The translations under genes were made by a program, and so were the position numbers. The notes below the pieces were generated by a model, which was not told the DNA's origin, searched no databases, and saw nothing but the letters and a program-made list of their open reading frames with translations. Shown in pieces: positions 25,801 through 38,567 of a stretch of DNA of 64,000 nucleotides. Each line of letters opens with the position of its first letter. Within the stretch, counting starts at the first letter, position 1. The DNA is from Laetmonice hystrix (taxonomy: Eukaryota), in contig OZ249436.1 of the NCBI GenBank assembly GCA_965235115.1, forward strand, positions 18,106,001 through 18,170,000. The letters run 5' to 3'.

Positions 25801-27818
25801 GCGAACTTCAGTAGAACTGAGTGTAACATAGAATCTAACTTGTACTCTTACCGTATATCAGGTAACGTCAGTGTTTTATCACAGCAACCATCAAGTTTAA
25901 CCATCTTATCGTTACAATAATACCACTGGTAATAGGGATGTGGGAACCCGATGGCCTCGCACGTCAATGTCAGTGTCGCCTTCTCCTCAACCTCTGCGTC
26001 CTCAGGATGGACAACGAACTCGATGGGCTCTGATTTAAAAACATTACAGTTAGTCATTTTTCCTATATTTTCAGATGTTTTAACATTGAAGCACACTCTG
26101 GGACAGTCAAGGACTTTCCCCCTCATTACAATGGGATAAGACTCAATTGTGCAGGCACTTGTAAAGGTCCCCTGTATCAATCCGTCAGGATTCTATTTTT
26201 TAGATATAATCTATTCATTGAACCTATTTACACAGCCTACTTCCAGTGTAGGTGGCTTTACCTGGTCGGCGGAGCAGCTCCAGGGCAGTAAGCAGGTTTG
26301 CTTTATCGAGGTACACTGCGAGTTCTCGGACTGTCAACCCTCGGGTACTAAGTTTATCAAGCAGTGATTTAGAACAGCTCCCACCTGCCGTCTGGATGCC
26401 ACGCTCCACTTCACTGATATCGAGATCACTGAAATAGAGGGATTCTGAAACTCTGCATTCTCCAAGGGGGCTTCACCAACATGTTTCTACTTACCAACCC
26501 ACTTTACTTTCTATAACCGTGCTTGTAGAGCTCGAGTAGGTCAAAATTTCAGGAGTTTTCCAAGAATGGTCAGAGGTTTTTGCTGAATTTTAACATATAA
26601 TGACCAGAATGGGCTTTGGCATCCTCTAGTTTCTGAGAGAACAGACCCCTAATGCATAGCATTTTGGAAGTCTTACTGTGTTTATCAATTTGAACTCAAA
26701 TATTTGAATGTCCTTGCATACCTGAGCCGAAGGCGTTCACAATCGATGACCATGAGCAGCTGCTGCCATCTGTTGGCTACATCCAGGTTCCTGACGAGGT
26801 CAAGGCCGACGTTACCAGGAAGGTCACCAAAGTACTTGATACCTGGCATGAGGAGCCGGATGGGCAGGCCCTGCTTGTCATCACAAGCTGGGATCTGGTC
26901 AAAGCAATACAAGAACATGTCACGTTAGGCCTTGGGCCAGGTCCTTGGTCGCCGAAGTGGCTGAGTGTCACAGACGTTTTTGTCGACCACTCAAAGACTT
27001 CAAGGTCGCCTCGGGTGAGTGGGTGACTGTCCGTTTGCAGCAATGTGCCCTCTTATACAAAATTATCTAAAGCCCTGACAGAGTATCATGGAGGACAGGA
27101 ATTGGCTTTAATCCTTCAACAGGGGGAAGTCACACTGAATATAAACTCACACTCCATTTATCAAGGATTCGTATCCCTTAAACTATAAAAAAATTGTATG
27201 AGAGATTTGATCATAGTGATACTTGATCCTACTGATGTTAGGAGTTTAGGACATTACCTGATCAGGTCTGATTTCATAACCCAGGAAAGTGTGAAAACAT
27301 TGTTACCTGGTTCCGGTGTTGTGAGTATACATCTCTGTACACATGGTGTGGGTTCACGTCCATGTTCCATATTTTCTCTGCGTGTGACTTCATGACAAAC
27401 ATCCTGTTGTCACTTTTTGTGCTGTGCTGCCTGTAACGCGACATGTGGGGACTTTCTTCCTCCTGGTTGTCCTCGCACGACGACCATGGACTGGCCTTAG
27501 GTAACAAAACAAATACATACCGTCACAAGTCAAAGCAAAATACATTAGGTATAAAACTACCTCACAAACAGGTCTGGGTAACAAAAATACAAAACTCTAG
27601 CCAATGTGAATCGTCCATTTCATTCTCTTTGGTGCCATTCCTGAGTTGAGTAGATTTGAGTGAAACTAAGACTCAAGTACTTTTTGAGAAACTGGGCCTA
27701 GTAGTCAACTCAGGGCACTTCCTGAGAGAAAAAATGTTTGAAAACACTTGCAAGCTCTTATATTACGATACAAACTACTTGAGAGAATTCTTGTTGTTCT
27801 ACTTACCATTTGTGCCAT
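19826..27818 (-). CDS. MALT1: Type-1 paracaspase (MALT1-like): death domain, Ig1, Ig2, caspase-like domain, Ig3; 16 coding exons, ~756 aa
   Basis: Exons 27818-27807, 27495-27307, 26894-26722, 26428-26262, 26029-25852, 25396-25132, 24580-24484, 24267-24220, 23811-23605, 23278-23098, 22470-22390, 21963-21842, 21522-21370, 21151-20994, 20820-20725, 19969-19826; all GT-AG and phase-consistent. Motifs KVALLIG, FMVLSLVDL, LFFYVGHG, IIDICR, PEIRSNL, GLQRL, VDLGWPLVSKL. The first two exons are less certain than the rest. Confidence 0.92.
22038..22142. repeat. 23-bp tandem repeat, ~4.5 copies
   Basis: GATTGGTAGCAGCTCAATGTGAA repeated. Confidence 0.85.
22550..22869. mobile_element. hAT-like MITE (related copies at ~37925-38010, ~41000-41222, ~60300-60370)
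   Basis: Termini CATGGTTCCCA...TGGGAACCAT, flanked by TTAAATT; internal AAATTCCC(A/G)GACTTTTCC repeats shared with the other copies. Confidence 0.6.
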
Positions 27819-28056
27819 AGTAACATATTATCCAGCTGGCCTACAACTACAAGTACATTCCCTTCAACTGGTGCACTGCATCTGAAAAACAAAACAAAGA
27901 TAAGGAAATTAAACTACCGGGTACTGAGTGCGACTACCTGCCCCCTCCTAATCGATGTCACATAGTGCAACCTAGTCCAGGGTATGTCCTTTATAAATAA
28001 TTGGAATTATGACCCATTCATATGGAGAATAACCACTGCCTAAGCCTAAGGGCTAA

Positions 28057-29223
28057 GGGGCCGTCCATCATTTTCATCATTTTCACGAGCGTACAAACCG
28101 TACTAGGGGGGGGGGGGGGAGGGGGTCTAGACCCTGCGTACGCTTTTATGAAAAAAATGATGATGAAATATATAGGCCTAGGCCTACTATTTGCCGCCAG
28201 AGCTCTCGCCCTGCGAGAGCGGCGGGCGTCTTGTATAGGCCTATCTGAATTTAGGGTGCCTGTGTTTATAAGTTCAGCATTTATACAGATCTATGAGCGG
28301 ATATATAGGGCAATGGGTGCCGAGAATTTCAAAGAAATCGGTTCAGGGGAAGGGACAGAGCTCACCTTTTAATTCATGTCGGGAATTAGCCTATAATAAG
28401 ACTCTGGTGCATGGGCGGCTTAGGCCTATACCTGAGTTTGGGGTGCCTGTGTTTATAAGTTCAGCATTTATACAGTTCTCGATATTTTTTAACCAAATTT
28501 TCAGATCTAAGGGCGGATATATTGGCGGCAGGCGGCTTGTATGAATTAAGAGTGCTTGTGTTTTGATATTTTTTAACCAAATTTTCGGAATTAAGGGGCG
28601 GATAGATGCAGGAATTGTCATTGAAAATTTCAAAGAAATCAGTTTGTGGGGAGGGACAGGGCCCACCTTTTAATTCATGTCGAAACTTATTCCGTCTGGG
28701 CCACTAGAGTGACACATTAGGCCTACTACTTCGTTATAACTGGGAAAATCCTCAGTTTGGGGGGAAATTTGCCTTCGTTATAGACGTAATTTGGCTATAG
28801 CCGAATTCGTTATATCAGTATTTTATTACATTAAAAATAACAGGGAAAAATTCTGTGTTCGTTATAACCGGACTCCACTGTAGTAAAAAAAACTGACAGA
28901 GTGCGAATCGACCGATAATCAAATATCGCGCTGCTGGCTAGCTCTGCACAGCTTCTCCGGCAGAAAATGCAAGAATACATCTTGTGAGGTTGATGTTTTA
29001 TTTTTGTAATTAAAAAGCATATCCAGGTTTCTAGGTGTGTCTCCATTTCATTTTATGATGGCTCTTCATGGGACGATGACAAGTGGTACGAAACACCACT
29101 ACCAGGGTACCGTAAAAAGTCATCATCATTTTTTTCACGGGTGGTGTGTACTCTTTAGGGGGGGGGGAGGGGGGTCTGGAAGGAAGTACGCTCTGTACGC
29201 TGATGAAAATGATGGACGGCCCC
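28057..29223. mobile_element. PIF/Harbinger-like MITE with nested fragments
   Basis: TIR GGGGCCGTCCATCATTTTCATCA...TGATGAAAATGATGGACGGCCCC; TAA TSD on both sides. Confidence 0.75.
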
Positions 29224-29232
29224 TAAGGCTAA

Positions 29233-29414
29233 AGGCCGGTTTATAGTCCGTCGGCCGACCATCGGCCGACCATCGCTGAACGTTTATAGTCCAGCGATCC
29301 GGCCGTCGACCGACCGATCGCTGGGAGTTAAGCCTGCGTGAACTTTGACCTGACGTCGAGCGATGGTCGGCCGATGGTCGGCCGATGGTCGGCCGACGGA
29401 CTATAAACCGGCCT
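29233..29414. mobile_element. 182-bp PIF/Harbinger-like MITE
   Basis: Perfect ~42-bp TIR AGGCCGGTTTATAGTCCGTCGGCCGACCATCGGCCGACCATCG; TAA TSD. Confidence 0.85.
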
Positions 29415-29541
29415 TAAAGAGTAAAGTTAAACCAAATTGTAGCCATGGCATGGCATTGGCCTTGAGACTAACTTGACTTAATTGAGCCTGTTTTTAACTC
29501 AACTGAATAATAATATTGTCAGATAATTTTAATTTACTTAC

Positions 29542-29650
29542 TGTGGATAGTACTGCGGTACCAATCTTTGAGGCGAGGCGGATCTGTGTAGTTCAAGTCG
29601 GGCCGACAATTCGTATTCTGGCTCCGGAAGATGTTCTATACTAATACCAA
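29542..29650 (-). other. Possible non-coding 5'UTR exon of MALT1
   Basis: Strong donor CA|GTAAGT on the minus strand at 29542/29541, CpG-rich, no ATG; the MALT1 ATG exon has an acceptor at ~27883. The 5' boundary is unknown. A CRE-like TGACGTCA lies at ~29908. Confidence 0.35.
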
Positions 29651-31528
29651 ATACTTCAAATACGGTACGGTGTCGGTCTAACATTAACAAGTCCCAAGAG
29701 ATTATGTGGGAGTGGCTGTGTACCCTTGCCCAGTCGACCTTAGTCTTACAAGTGGCAGGACTTTACAACTCCTCAGCTGACACTAAATCTAAAGTCACTC
29801 TCAGACACTCGGTGCATAACACTTGTCAGTCACAAAACAGTCAGTCAGTAAGCTCACCAGGAAGTTCTATTGGAACACACCTGGGGAAATCCTACCATTA
29901 AGGTATGATGACGTCATAAAACGAGCAATGACGCTAGGCGGCGCATCAATCTCCGCTGACTGCGCCGTAGCGGAACTTACAGAAGTACGGTGGCCCAGAC
30001 GATCAAACTGTTGTGCTAAGTTATAATAAAGTTAAAATAAGATAGTACAGTAAAACTTCGACTGAGAAAAAATGTTCACTAATCTACTATATGATATGGA
30101 GATGTTCCCTAATTAGCGGGAGCTGTAGGCGACACTTCGCGGTTTACTAATGTCTAACATTTTTATACATTATAACAATAAAAACAGAACAATTTTTCAA
30201 AGGCATTTATTTTGAATTTGTTCCCATAAATGTACCGGGATTCCATCGAGGAGCTCCCGGCAAGCTTAATAAAAACGTCCCAAATGTCCAATGACACTCA
30301 AAACAATTTGAGCCTGATGTGTAAATCCGTATAATCCCTGAGTGATATGTGTAGTACAATTGTTCAATGGCAGTGTGCTCAAGGAAAGTCCGCGTTCACT
30401 ATGGAGTGAGATGCTGGTCACTAACCACCTCAGCATTGCTTCAATTTATTTAAAGTTCTCACAGAATGTGGGTAAAATGTCAAAGGTCAGTCTCTGGAAA
30501 ACTACTTAAAATTAGTGGGGGTTCGTGGGACCCAATAGAGGTCAGAGGTCAGAATGGGCTGAACCTCTGACTCGCAGCTGTTCATTTTTGGTCAGTTAGT
30601 GAAAAGATATTAAATGTCTCTGTGACTGTACTATAATCGAATACAGTAACATGTTATGATCACATGATAGGCAAGATTATATATTATTTACTGCTTCAGT
30701 ATATCACAAAATCACGGTTTGTAGCGTTCCCTAAAATAAGGGTCAAAACAATGGAAGTACATTTTGGGACTTGAAAGTTTGTTCATTGCTCACAGTAGAG
30801 AAGTACTAAAGAGAATTTGCCAATACGATACGTTAAAACATAGTGGAAAACTTGGGACTTTGAAAAAGTTTTCACTATTCAGACGTATTCCTTAGTCAAG
30901 TGTTCACTAATGGAGGTTTTACTGTACAGTCAGATCTCGTTTATCGAAACAGCTTGGTCCCCATTAAAATGTATTTGGATTGTGCAGCAAATGGATTACT
31001 GAATCATTTGAAATAAATGCTAGAAGACGTTACCAGAAAGTGTGTTCGAATTGTGAGGTATACAGATTAAAGAAGGCCAGATTAATGAGGGCCAACTGTA
31101 TATAGCTTATAAAGGGTTGCCTTTTTCGGTTTAGGCCAAATTCGTTGTCAGCGCATTACATTAAAACAAGTTGATAAAAGGAATGTTCAGAATTATGAAG
31201 GCCATTGCGCCATATATTTACAACCAAGATTCTTTCTCGACTGTTCTCTCGTCTCGTAATCATTGACTTGTATAATAACACAAGGATAACACAGCAACTT
31301 GCTCCATTTTACACTTAAATATCATTTTTTTACTCTCCTTGTTCACAGACTCAAGCACATTAGAAGTTGTTGAAAGGAAATGGTCAGAATTATGAAGGCC
31401 ATCACGCCATATATTTACAACCAAGATTCTTTCTCGGCTGTCACTTGCTCCATTGCTTCCTACTTTCTACTTGACCTTTGTTTTGGCCTTCTACCTTGTT
31501 TTGCACCCATAAAGCAGTTTGACTGATG

Positions 31529-34491
31529 TCATATTTTTACTGCCACCTTATCCTTGTGTTTCTTCATGTGCCAGTTGAGAGCATTTCGTTGGCGACAACT
31601 GTATTCACAGAACTCACATGTTAAAGGTTTCTCCCCAGTATGAATCCTGGTGTGAACCTCAAGTGCATGACTTGTCTTGAATTTCTTCCCACACAATTCA
31701 CAAAGATATGAACGCAACCCTTGATGCACAGAACTCATATGCTCGGAGAAACGCCCTCTGTTATATGCATAAAAGTCACAAATGGAACAGTGGAAGTGTT
31801 TCACACCCACGTGGGTCATTTCTATGTGATCATGCAAAATGCGTCTATTTCCAAAATATTTTTGACATATGGCACATTTCACGTTCTTATGTGCCTGGGA
31901 CCTGTGCTGTCTGAAAGCTCTGTAAGTAGTAAATTGTCTGGAGCAATCCTGGCACTTAAAGTCTTGTCCCTCTACTTCAGCCCTATGTACTGTTTGCACG
32001 TGTTTGCGAATATTTCCCCTAAGAAATCGCTGTCCACATATTCCACATGGGTAATAACCCTCTTTATAAGTTTTATGACTTGCCAGATCTCTTTTTATCA
32101 CCTTGATGTGTTCACAGACAGGAGAACTCCTATCCCACTCGTGCTGTCTCTCGAGGTGAAGGTGAATCTGGTATCGATGGATCACCTTGTACGGACACTT
32201 CACACAACTAAACATTGTCTTTTCATGTTGATCTTCCACGTGGAAGACAAACAATGACGGAATGGTACACATGAACGTACATTCGGCACACACGTATTTG
32301 TCTCCTTTGTTTCCCCCTGGATTTACTAATTTTTCAAGATCATGAGCCTCGGCTAGATGCTTTGTGACTTCTTGAACTCTATCCTCAATCAATTCCTTCC
32401 ACTGGTACCCACAGAAACTGCACATCTTGACCTCTTGATCACCATGACAACTGAGGCTATGAGCAACCATCGGCTGGTATGTATCAAAAGTCTCCTCGCA
32501 AAAGTTACAAGGGAAAATCTCCATCTCGATGTTCCTTTTCAGTTCCTGTGGGAGTGGGACATTGCTCTCAACCATTTCTTCTGTTGACTCTTCTTTTGGT
32601 AAATGTTGGTCCTTACACTTGTTCTGTTTTTTCTTTTCTTTTTGTCCTATTTTGCAAGTTGGGTTCTTTTTCTGTTTCTTCAATGTACCTGTGCGTCTTG
32701 ACCTGGTCCTCTTCATGGAGTTGTTTGGGTCTCCAGTTACTGCAACATCAGCTTGATTTCTCTTCGTCTTCCATGAGGATCCAGGAAGCCAACTAGGGTC
32801 ATCACATTTCTCTTCTTCTCCTTCATTGTCATCATCTTTATCTTCTTCTAGTTCTTCCTCTTCTTCTCTGTCTTCTTCTTCATCAACTTTTTCTTTTGAT
32901 AGTACAAGTTCACCATTAACTTCAATTGTTTGTGCTTCTTCTTTCACTCTGATCTCATCCAGTGAAAGCTCTACATTCAGAAATAACCTATCACTCTCTT
33001 TAGGTTGTATAATTATAGGTTCACGCTTATCTGGACTTGTTCCAGCCAGCTGCCCATTCAGAAGTTCTACAGGTGTCTCAGCATTACTGAGACTTGGCTC
33101 CCGTCCTAATGTCGAATGTACCATTACCAGTTGTCTAGCCTCCTCTTCATCACTGTAACATAAATAAAGAAACTGACATGAGTAAATTACGCATAGTAAA
33201 ACATATGCCAATTTGTTTTGGTGCGCGTACCCAAAATTTTTTTCTGGCGGAAACCCTGCACAGAAAGAGATCACTTCATAAAAACTGTTCCATATTTCAC
33301 TGAACTTTAGCACTTGAGTAGCTAGAGGAACCTTCAGCTTCAACGATCCCTCTAGCCAAGTACATCATCAACTCACCTACAACCATGAACTGTTTCATGT
33401 ATGGATTCCATCTTGTGCTTCAGTCTGATATATGTTTGTTCCTCGGGACTAGGGGTAGCCAGTCGTTGAGATGTGTCACCACATGCCCCACGCCTCAATC
33501 CAAGGGATTCTTCCAACCTGTAGGTTAAAATTGTTACATACCCCAATAAACATTTGGGTCCTACATATTTCAGATCCTAAACGATTGTTACGTTCCCCCA
33601 TTGGTTTAACATAGGATGAGAAAACACACTTTCAAACATCGACCAGATTTTTGTCAATTTTGACATCTAAACCATGAAGTTTACGTATTTTTTCATATAC
33701 GTAAAACAGGTTGGTGCTCTTGTTTTGTAAGGTACAACAAGGAATGCGCCCTAACAATGAAATGATAATATTAAGAAGTTGACAGCTGCCAGCTCCTATG
33801 GGAGTCACAATGCTAAAGTGACGAGACTACGATCGCGTGGGTGCCAAACGTCACAGTTCTCGAGATTTCTTGTGCTGTGTCGTGACCTACTTACGTCCCC
33901 TATTACTGCATCTACATACCAAATAACTTGGTAAACCATAATTATTGTGAATCAATTTTTTGTGTGTATTTCGAGCCCTGGTATTATTCGCGAAATTGAC
34001 CAAAATCTGACCTCCCTAGCACTGTCTTACATACTTTATGGCACGACATGTTTTTCATATTGATTCTGTGAACATATGCTATGACTGAGTAGACAGCTGT
34101 AAAAATATCCCCTGTGTCGAAAAAAATTACAAAAACTAGTTAGAGTGCATGCAAACAATGCACGATGAATGCCGTCATTTTGGCATGTCACAAATCATTC
34201 AAACTGGTCTCATGATCATGTGAATCTCGCTCTGATTACTTGAGATATAAACACACATGCCACCACTGCTATGTTAGCTTACATATCCAGCAGAATCTGT
34301 GCGAAGGCAGCATCGTTGTCTTCACCAACGACTGTTTTCAGTTGCCTCCATCGTTCAGCCTCAGTACCAATGTCAACTCGCAGCTGCCTGTACCGCCTGC
34401 ACCGTTCCACGTTTCTTTTCTTCTTTTCTGATTCTGACAGCACAAATTTACGGCGACGCTGAGTTTTTGGTTGGGGTGTGCTTTTCGCCAT
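31529..34491 (-). CDS. C2H2 zinc-finger protein of the ZFP91/ZNF653/ZNF692 family, 3 exons, ~657 aa
   Basis: Exons 34491-34283, 33517-33377, 33152-31529 (GT-AG, phases join). N-terminal RRYRQLRVDIG..WRQLK..DAAFAQILLD module, acidic tract, about 10 C2H2 fingers; last finger HTGEKPLTCEFCEYSCRQRNALNWHMKKH resembles the ZFP91-type terminal finger. Confidence 0.88.
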
Positions 34492-36115
34492 GTTGATTTC
34501 TTGTAACCATCTGAGTGACATGCTGTGTTGTAGAGAGCACACCTTCAGTAACAGTCTGCAATGAATGTTACGTAGTTCATGAATATCGCTGATTTTCTTG
34601 AGAATGCTGACAATATTCTAAATCTATTTTTGCTACTACAAATCGAACATCTATATTTATACTGACAGAAGAGCTTCTCATTTGCACAGACCAAAATTTG
34701 CATAGACTAGCTGGGTCTATGAAAAACAACTACAACCATACCTCCATGGATGGTATACATATCACTTTGATGCATCATGCCTCAAGTGGTTGATGCTTTC
34801 AGCCATGCTCCAGCAGATACAGACATTCAAGGTAATTTATTATGCACCAATGCTGGGTTAAGGTGACTGCCTGGTTTAAAATGAAAGTCATGAAAAATTC
34901 AACAAAACTGACTTTCCTGGTGAGAAAAAGTGGCTGAGGTTTCCAATTTAAATTAAACTAAGAAAGAAAAAATGGGGGGTCCTAAACAACTTCTTGGCAT
35001 GTATGGTTAGAAGTCTAATTCCTATGATCGCCACACTTTCAAGAATGATACCTGGTGCATATAAACATAAACATATTTGTAAAACAAACAAGAATCAAAT
35101 AAATATAATATAAAAAAAGACATTTTTGGTAACTTTTTTTTTTTTATATAAAAAAAAAAATAGAAAAAGTCATGGCAAATCCAAAACAGTGACTTTCCTA
35201 GAGAAACAGTTTCACTGAATCCAAAATACATGTACCGGTATATAAAAATTCTGGTCTCCAGCACTACTTGTTGGGCGAATATAGATTGGCCGGGCCGAGC
35301 AGTGCAAGCACAGGGAGAGAGCTACATACATGATATGACAGGGCCCTATTTTTATAACCAGGCACTTGAGGCAGCCACCTTAACATTCACTATGCCTAAA
35401 CTATCATACAATGTACTTATATGCAAGGCTACACAGTGGTTTTTGGTCAGTACATGTAGTACATGTACGTGTAGGCCTACAACAGCTTAAATACAGCACC
35501 ATCATCAAAAGGCAAAACCTAGTCATGGCTGGAATTTCAAATTTTAGGCTACTTGCCCGTCGGGCACGCTGATCAATGCTGCAACAGCCACTCAGGACAC
35601 ACACTGAACAAACAACATGTGAACAAAAGGAGCACTCTGGCGACACACAGGTGGCCAGCTGAAACACAAGGGCGGGGTCAGCTGAGCCTGCCAAATGACC
35701 CCTGCTGTTGTTACTGCACTGGAGAAAGATTGAGCCGCCAAAGGTCACCCCCTTTAAACAACAGTAACCAAAATAGTTACTCGGCCGGCGGACGAGATAC
35801 TGGGCTACCGGACCGAAACTTACTCGTCTCGGACGACCGGACGAGCGGGAAATTCCAGCCCTGCTAGTATACCTCACTTTTTCATCAAAATTGAGCTGGT
35901 ACCATTTTTGGAGTTACTAGGTTATATGCTTCATGTTAATGTACAAGTTATTGCAATTTGTTCCCTAATACCGTTGACACACCAACAAGTGTGATGGCAA
36001 GCGATATTGTAGTGTTATCAAGGATCCTTAATCCTTGGTGTTATACCCAAGTGGTATAAACAATAGTGCAACAAAAGCAATATAACTCTTGAATATGTTG
36101 ACACACTGCCAATTA

Positions 36116-36630
36116 GGCCAAATAAAAAAAGTTACTTATTTAGCGTCTGCCTCATCAAATTTTTCCAGGTCGGGGGAGGTTTTTATTTTTATTTTTTATT
36201 CTATGAATGGAGTGGCAGCGTGACTATAGGAAGAAGACACCATGTGGTATTCATGGTCAGACAGCAACTTAGGAAGGTATAGAAGACTATGAAAACTTCC
36301 AAGCTAGAATTTGAAGAAGAAAACATAAAACTTTTCTTTCAGTCTTTGTTCCAGCGAAAGTTAAACTTGTGCACATGTATTTTAAGACAAAATTTTGTCA
36401 CCAGTCATACAACACAGATCGAAGTGACACTGCTGGGACTCTTTTGGAACCAACTTTACTATCGTTAATGGGTTTACAAAGCGATACACTGTTCTTAGGC
36501 GGGAAGATGTTGTTTTGACAGTTTTTACACTTTATTTATTTTTTAATAAAAAATTTTTAAAAATTCACAGGTCGGGGGCATTTCACAGGTCGGGTGGGGA
36601 CGCTAAACAAGTAACTTTTTTTAATTGGCC
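36116..36630. mobile_element. MITE with TTA TSD (Harbinger/Zator-like)
   Basis: GGCCAAATAAAAAAAGTTACTTATTTAGCGTC ... GACGCTAAACAAGTAACTTTTTTTAATTGGCC; TTA on both sides. Confidence 0.75.
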
Positions 36631-37027
36631 TTATATCGAAACCATGCTGCTATCATTCCGATATTGGTGTCACCAGTAGCAAAACGAATGCACCATTACG
36701 AGGGCTATTACGGGAACGCATTACGTCATCACTGTGGAAAAGGGGGGGTTGTCATGTGGTCTGAAGCGAGTCTGTGGCGCTCTAGTCATGTTCCTGTTGA
36801 TACACCGAAACTGTTCCGCTATGAAAATATAGCAGCATCAGACCACCTCAGGAGCAGGAATTTCTTATTACACTATCGTTGCGCTTTCATTTCATATCGG
36901 GCGTGACACGCCAACATTTTATAGCGCAATAACTTTTCTTATTGCCTTGAGAGCGCTACAAAATCTCAGTGTGTCAACGGTATAAGTCAGCTGTTTCTTT
37001 TGTTTTCTCGAAATCAGTTAATACATG

Positions 37028-37877
37028 TAGTTGGGTCATTTCTGGCACTTCCGTGGAGTCCAAACAAAGGTTTCTGTATGAATTTGTCATCTTTGAGGGT
37101 TACTTTGAAAAATTAGCGAGGGTGACCCTTACTTAGCGAGGGCGACTTTTTCTATGGTTTAGGCTACAGTGCTGATCAGCATATACTTTCTGGGGTTTTG
37201 GGGGTCAAGGAATTCATTTTTGGTATTTTCTTAATGATTCGACCTCCTTTTGACTGAGAAATCCAAGCTGGCTGCCGTTCACCATGTTGGAAACAGGCTT
37301 CTCAATGGTGTGTGGCTATAATGCTGATCAATGCAACCTTTCTGGTTTTTTTGGGTCAGGGAATTCATATTCAATCACTAAAGGCAGGTGGCTTATACAG
37401 GGACCTAATCACTCCAGTAAGGAGGGGTACATAAGGTCCTAATCACTACAGGCAGGTGGGTTATAGGCTCCTAACCACTACAGTCAGGATGGATATAGGG
37501 GCCTAATCACTACAGTCAGGTGGGGTATATATGAACCTAATCACTACAGTCAGGTGGGGTATATAGGGACCTAATCCATCTTGGATTTGTCGGTCAAAAC
37601 GAGGTCGAATCATTACGAAAATACCAAAGATGAATTCCTTGACCCCAAAAACCCCAGAAAGCATATATGCTGATCAGCACTGTAACCTAAACCATAGAAA
37701 AGTAATTTTTAAGGTGGCCCCTGGTGGCCATTTTGGATCCTTGCGAAGTTAGCCCACACTTTTGCGAGGGTCACCCTTGCTAATTTTTCAAAGTAACCCT
37801 CAAAGATGACAAATTTTCCATATAGAAACCTTTGTTTGGACTCCACGGTCAAGGAAGTGCCAGAAATGACCCAACTA
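37028..37877. mobile_element. Fold-back element with long inverted arms and an internal ~33-bp tandem repeat
   Basis: TAGTTGGGTCATTTCTGGCACTTCC... mirrored by ...GGAAGTGCCAGAAATGACCCAACTA; arms similar over ~240 bp; CTAATCACTACAGTCAGGTGGGG repeats at 37373-37575. Confidence 0.8.
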
Positions 37878-38116
37878 TGATGGGATATTGACGACCAGTA
37901 CCCTGAGTCAGCCAGACTGTAAATCAGCCACCTAGAATTGGAGTCTGTGTTGGTCAAATTCCCAGACTTTTCCCAGTCTCGAGCACATATTTATCAAATT
38001 CCTACTTTTCCCGGCCCGGGACATTAACCGCCGTTGCCTACGGTGGGTAATGTCTGGGGGTGAATGTCGGGGGGGGGGGGGGGGCCTGTATTCAAAGACA
38101 TTCCTCTACTCACACT

Positions 38117-38405
38117 GGTCTCGCTCGAAATCGGCCGCCGCTCGAAATCAGCCGCCCGTAACAACCTACGGACGATCGGGCGTAGCACGCGGGGGCTCCG
38201 CTGGCGGAGCCGCCCGCGAGACTAAACTAACACTAACCCTAGGCCAAACCTTAACCCTAACACTAACCCTAGGCCAAACCTTAACCCGACTAACACTAAC
38301 TCTAGGCCAAACCTTAACCTTAACCCGACTAACACTAACCCTAGGCCCAACCTTAACCTTAACCGCCTAGGCCCTGGGCGAGTACGGCCGCCCGTAACTT
38401 ACGCG
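38117..38405 (+). mobile_element. Short element with internal TAACCC/TAACCT repeats (related inverted copy at 49545-49835)
   Basis: GGTCTCGCTCGAAATCGGCCGCCGCTCGAAATCAGCCGCCCGTAACAACCTA end, GC hairpin, degenerate telomere-like array. Confidence 0.65.
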
Positions 38406-38567
38406 TCATGAATTACAACTGTACAACAACCGTAGAAGACCTATTCCAATAAAATTACGTTAAAATTAAGTTAAATTAAATTAAAATAAATTAAAGTAAA
38501 ATAAAATTAAGTTAAAAATAAAATAAAAATAATAATAAAAAAATAAATAAATAAAAGTTCAATGCAC

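Noticed and set aside
33153..33343. N-terminal part of the 604-aa ORF
   Set aside because: It is intronic: an acceptor at 33153 joins in phase to upstream exons 33517-33377 and 34491-34283.
35404..35877. 157-aa ORF (and similar ORFs at 43106-43639, 56501-56977, 31721-32257)
   Set aside because: No recognisable domain; they are off-frame or antisense to real exons, or lie in repeat or intergenic DNA.
38222..38365. True telomere or chromosome-fusion scar
   Set aside because: The repeats are short, degenerate and embedded in a dispersed element with a second copy at 49545-49835.
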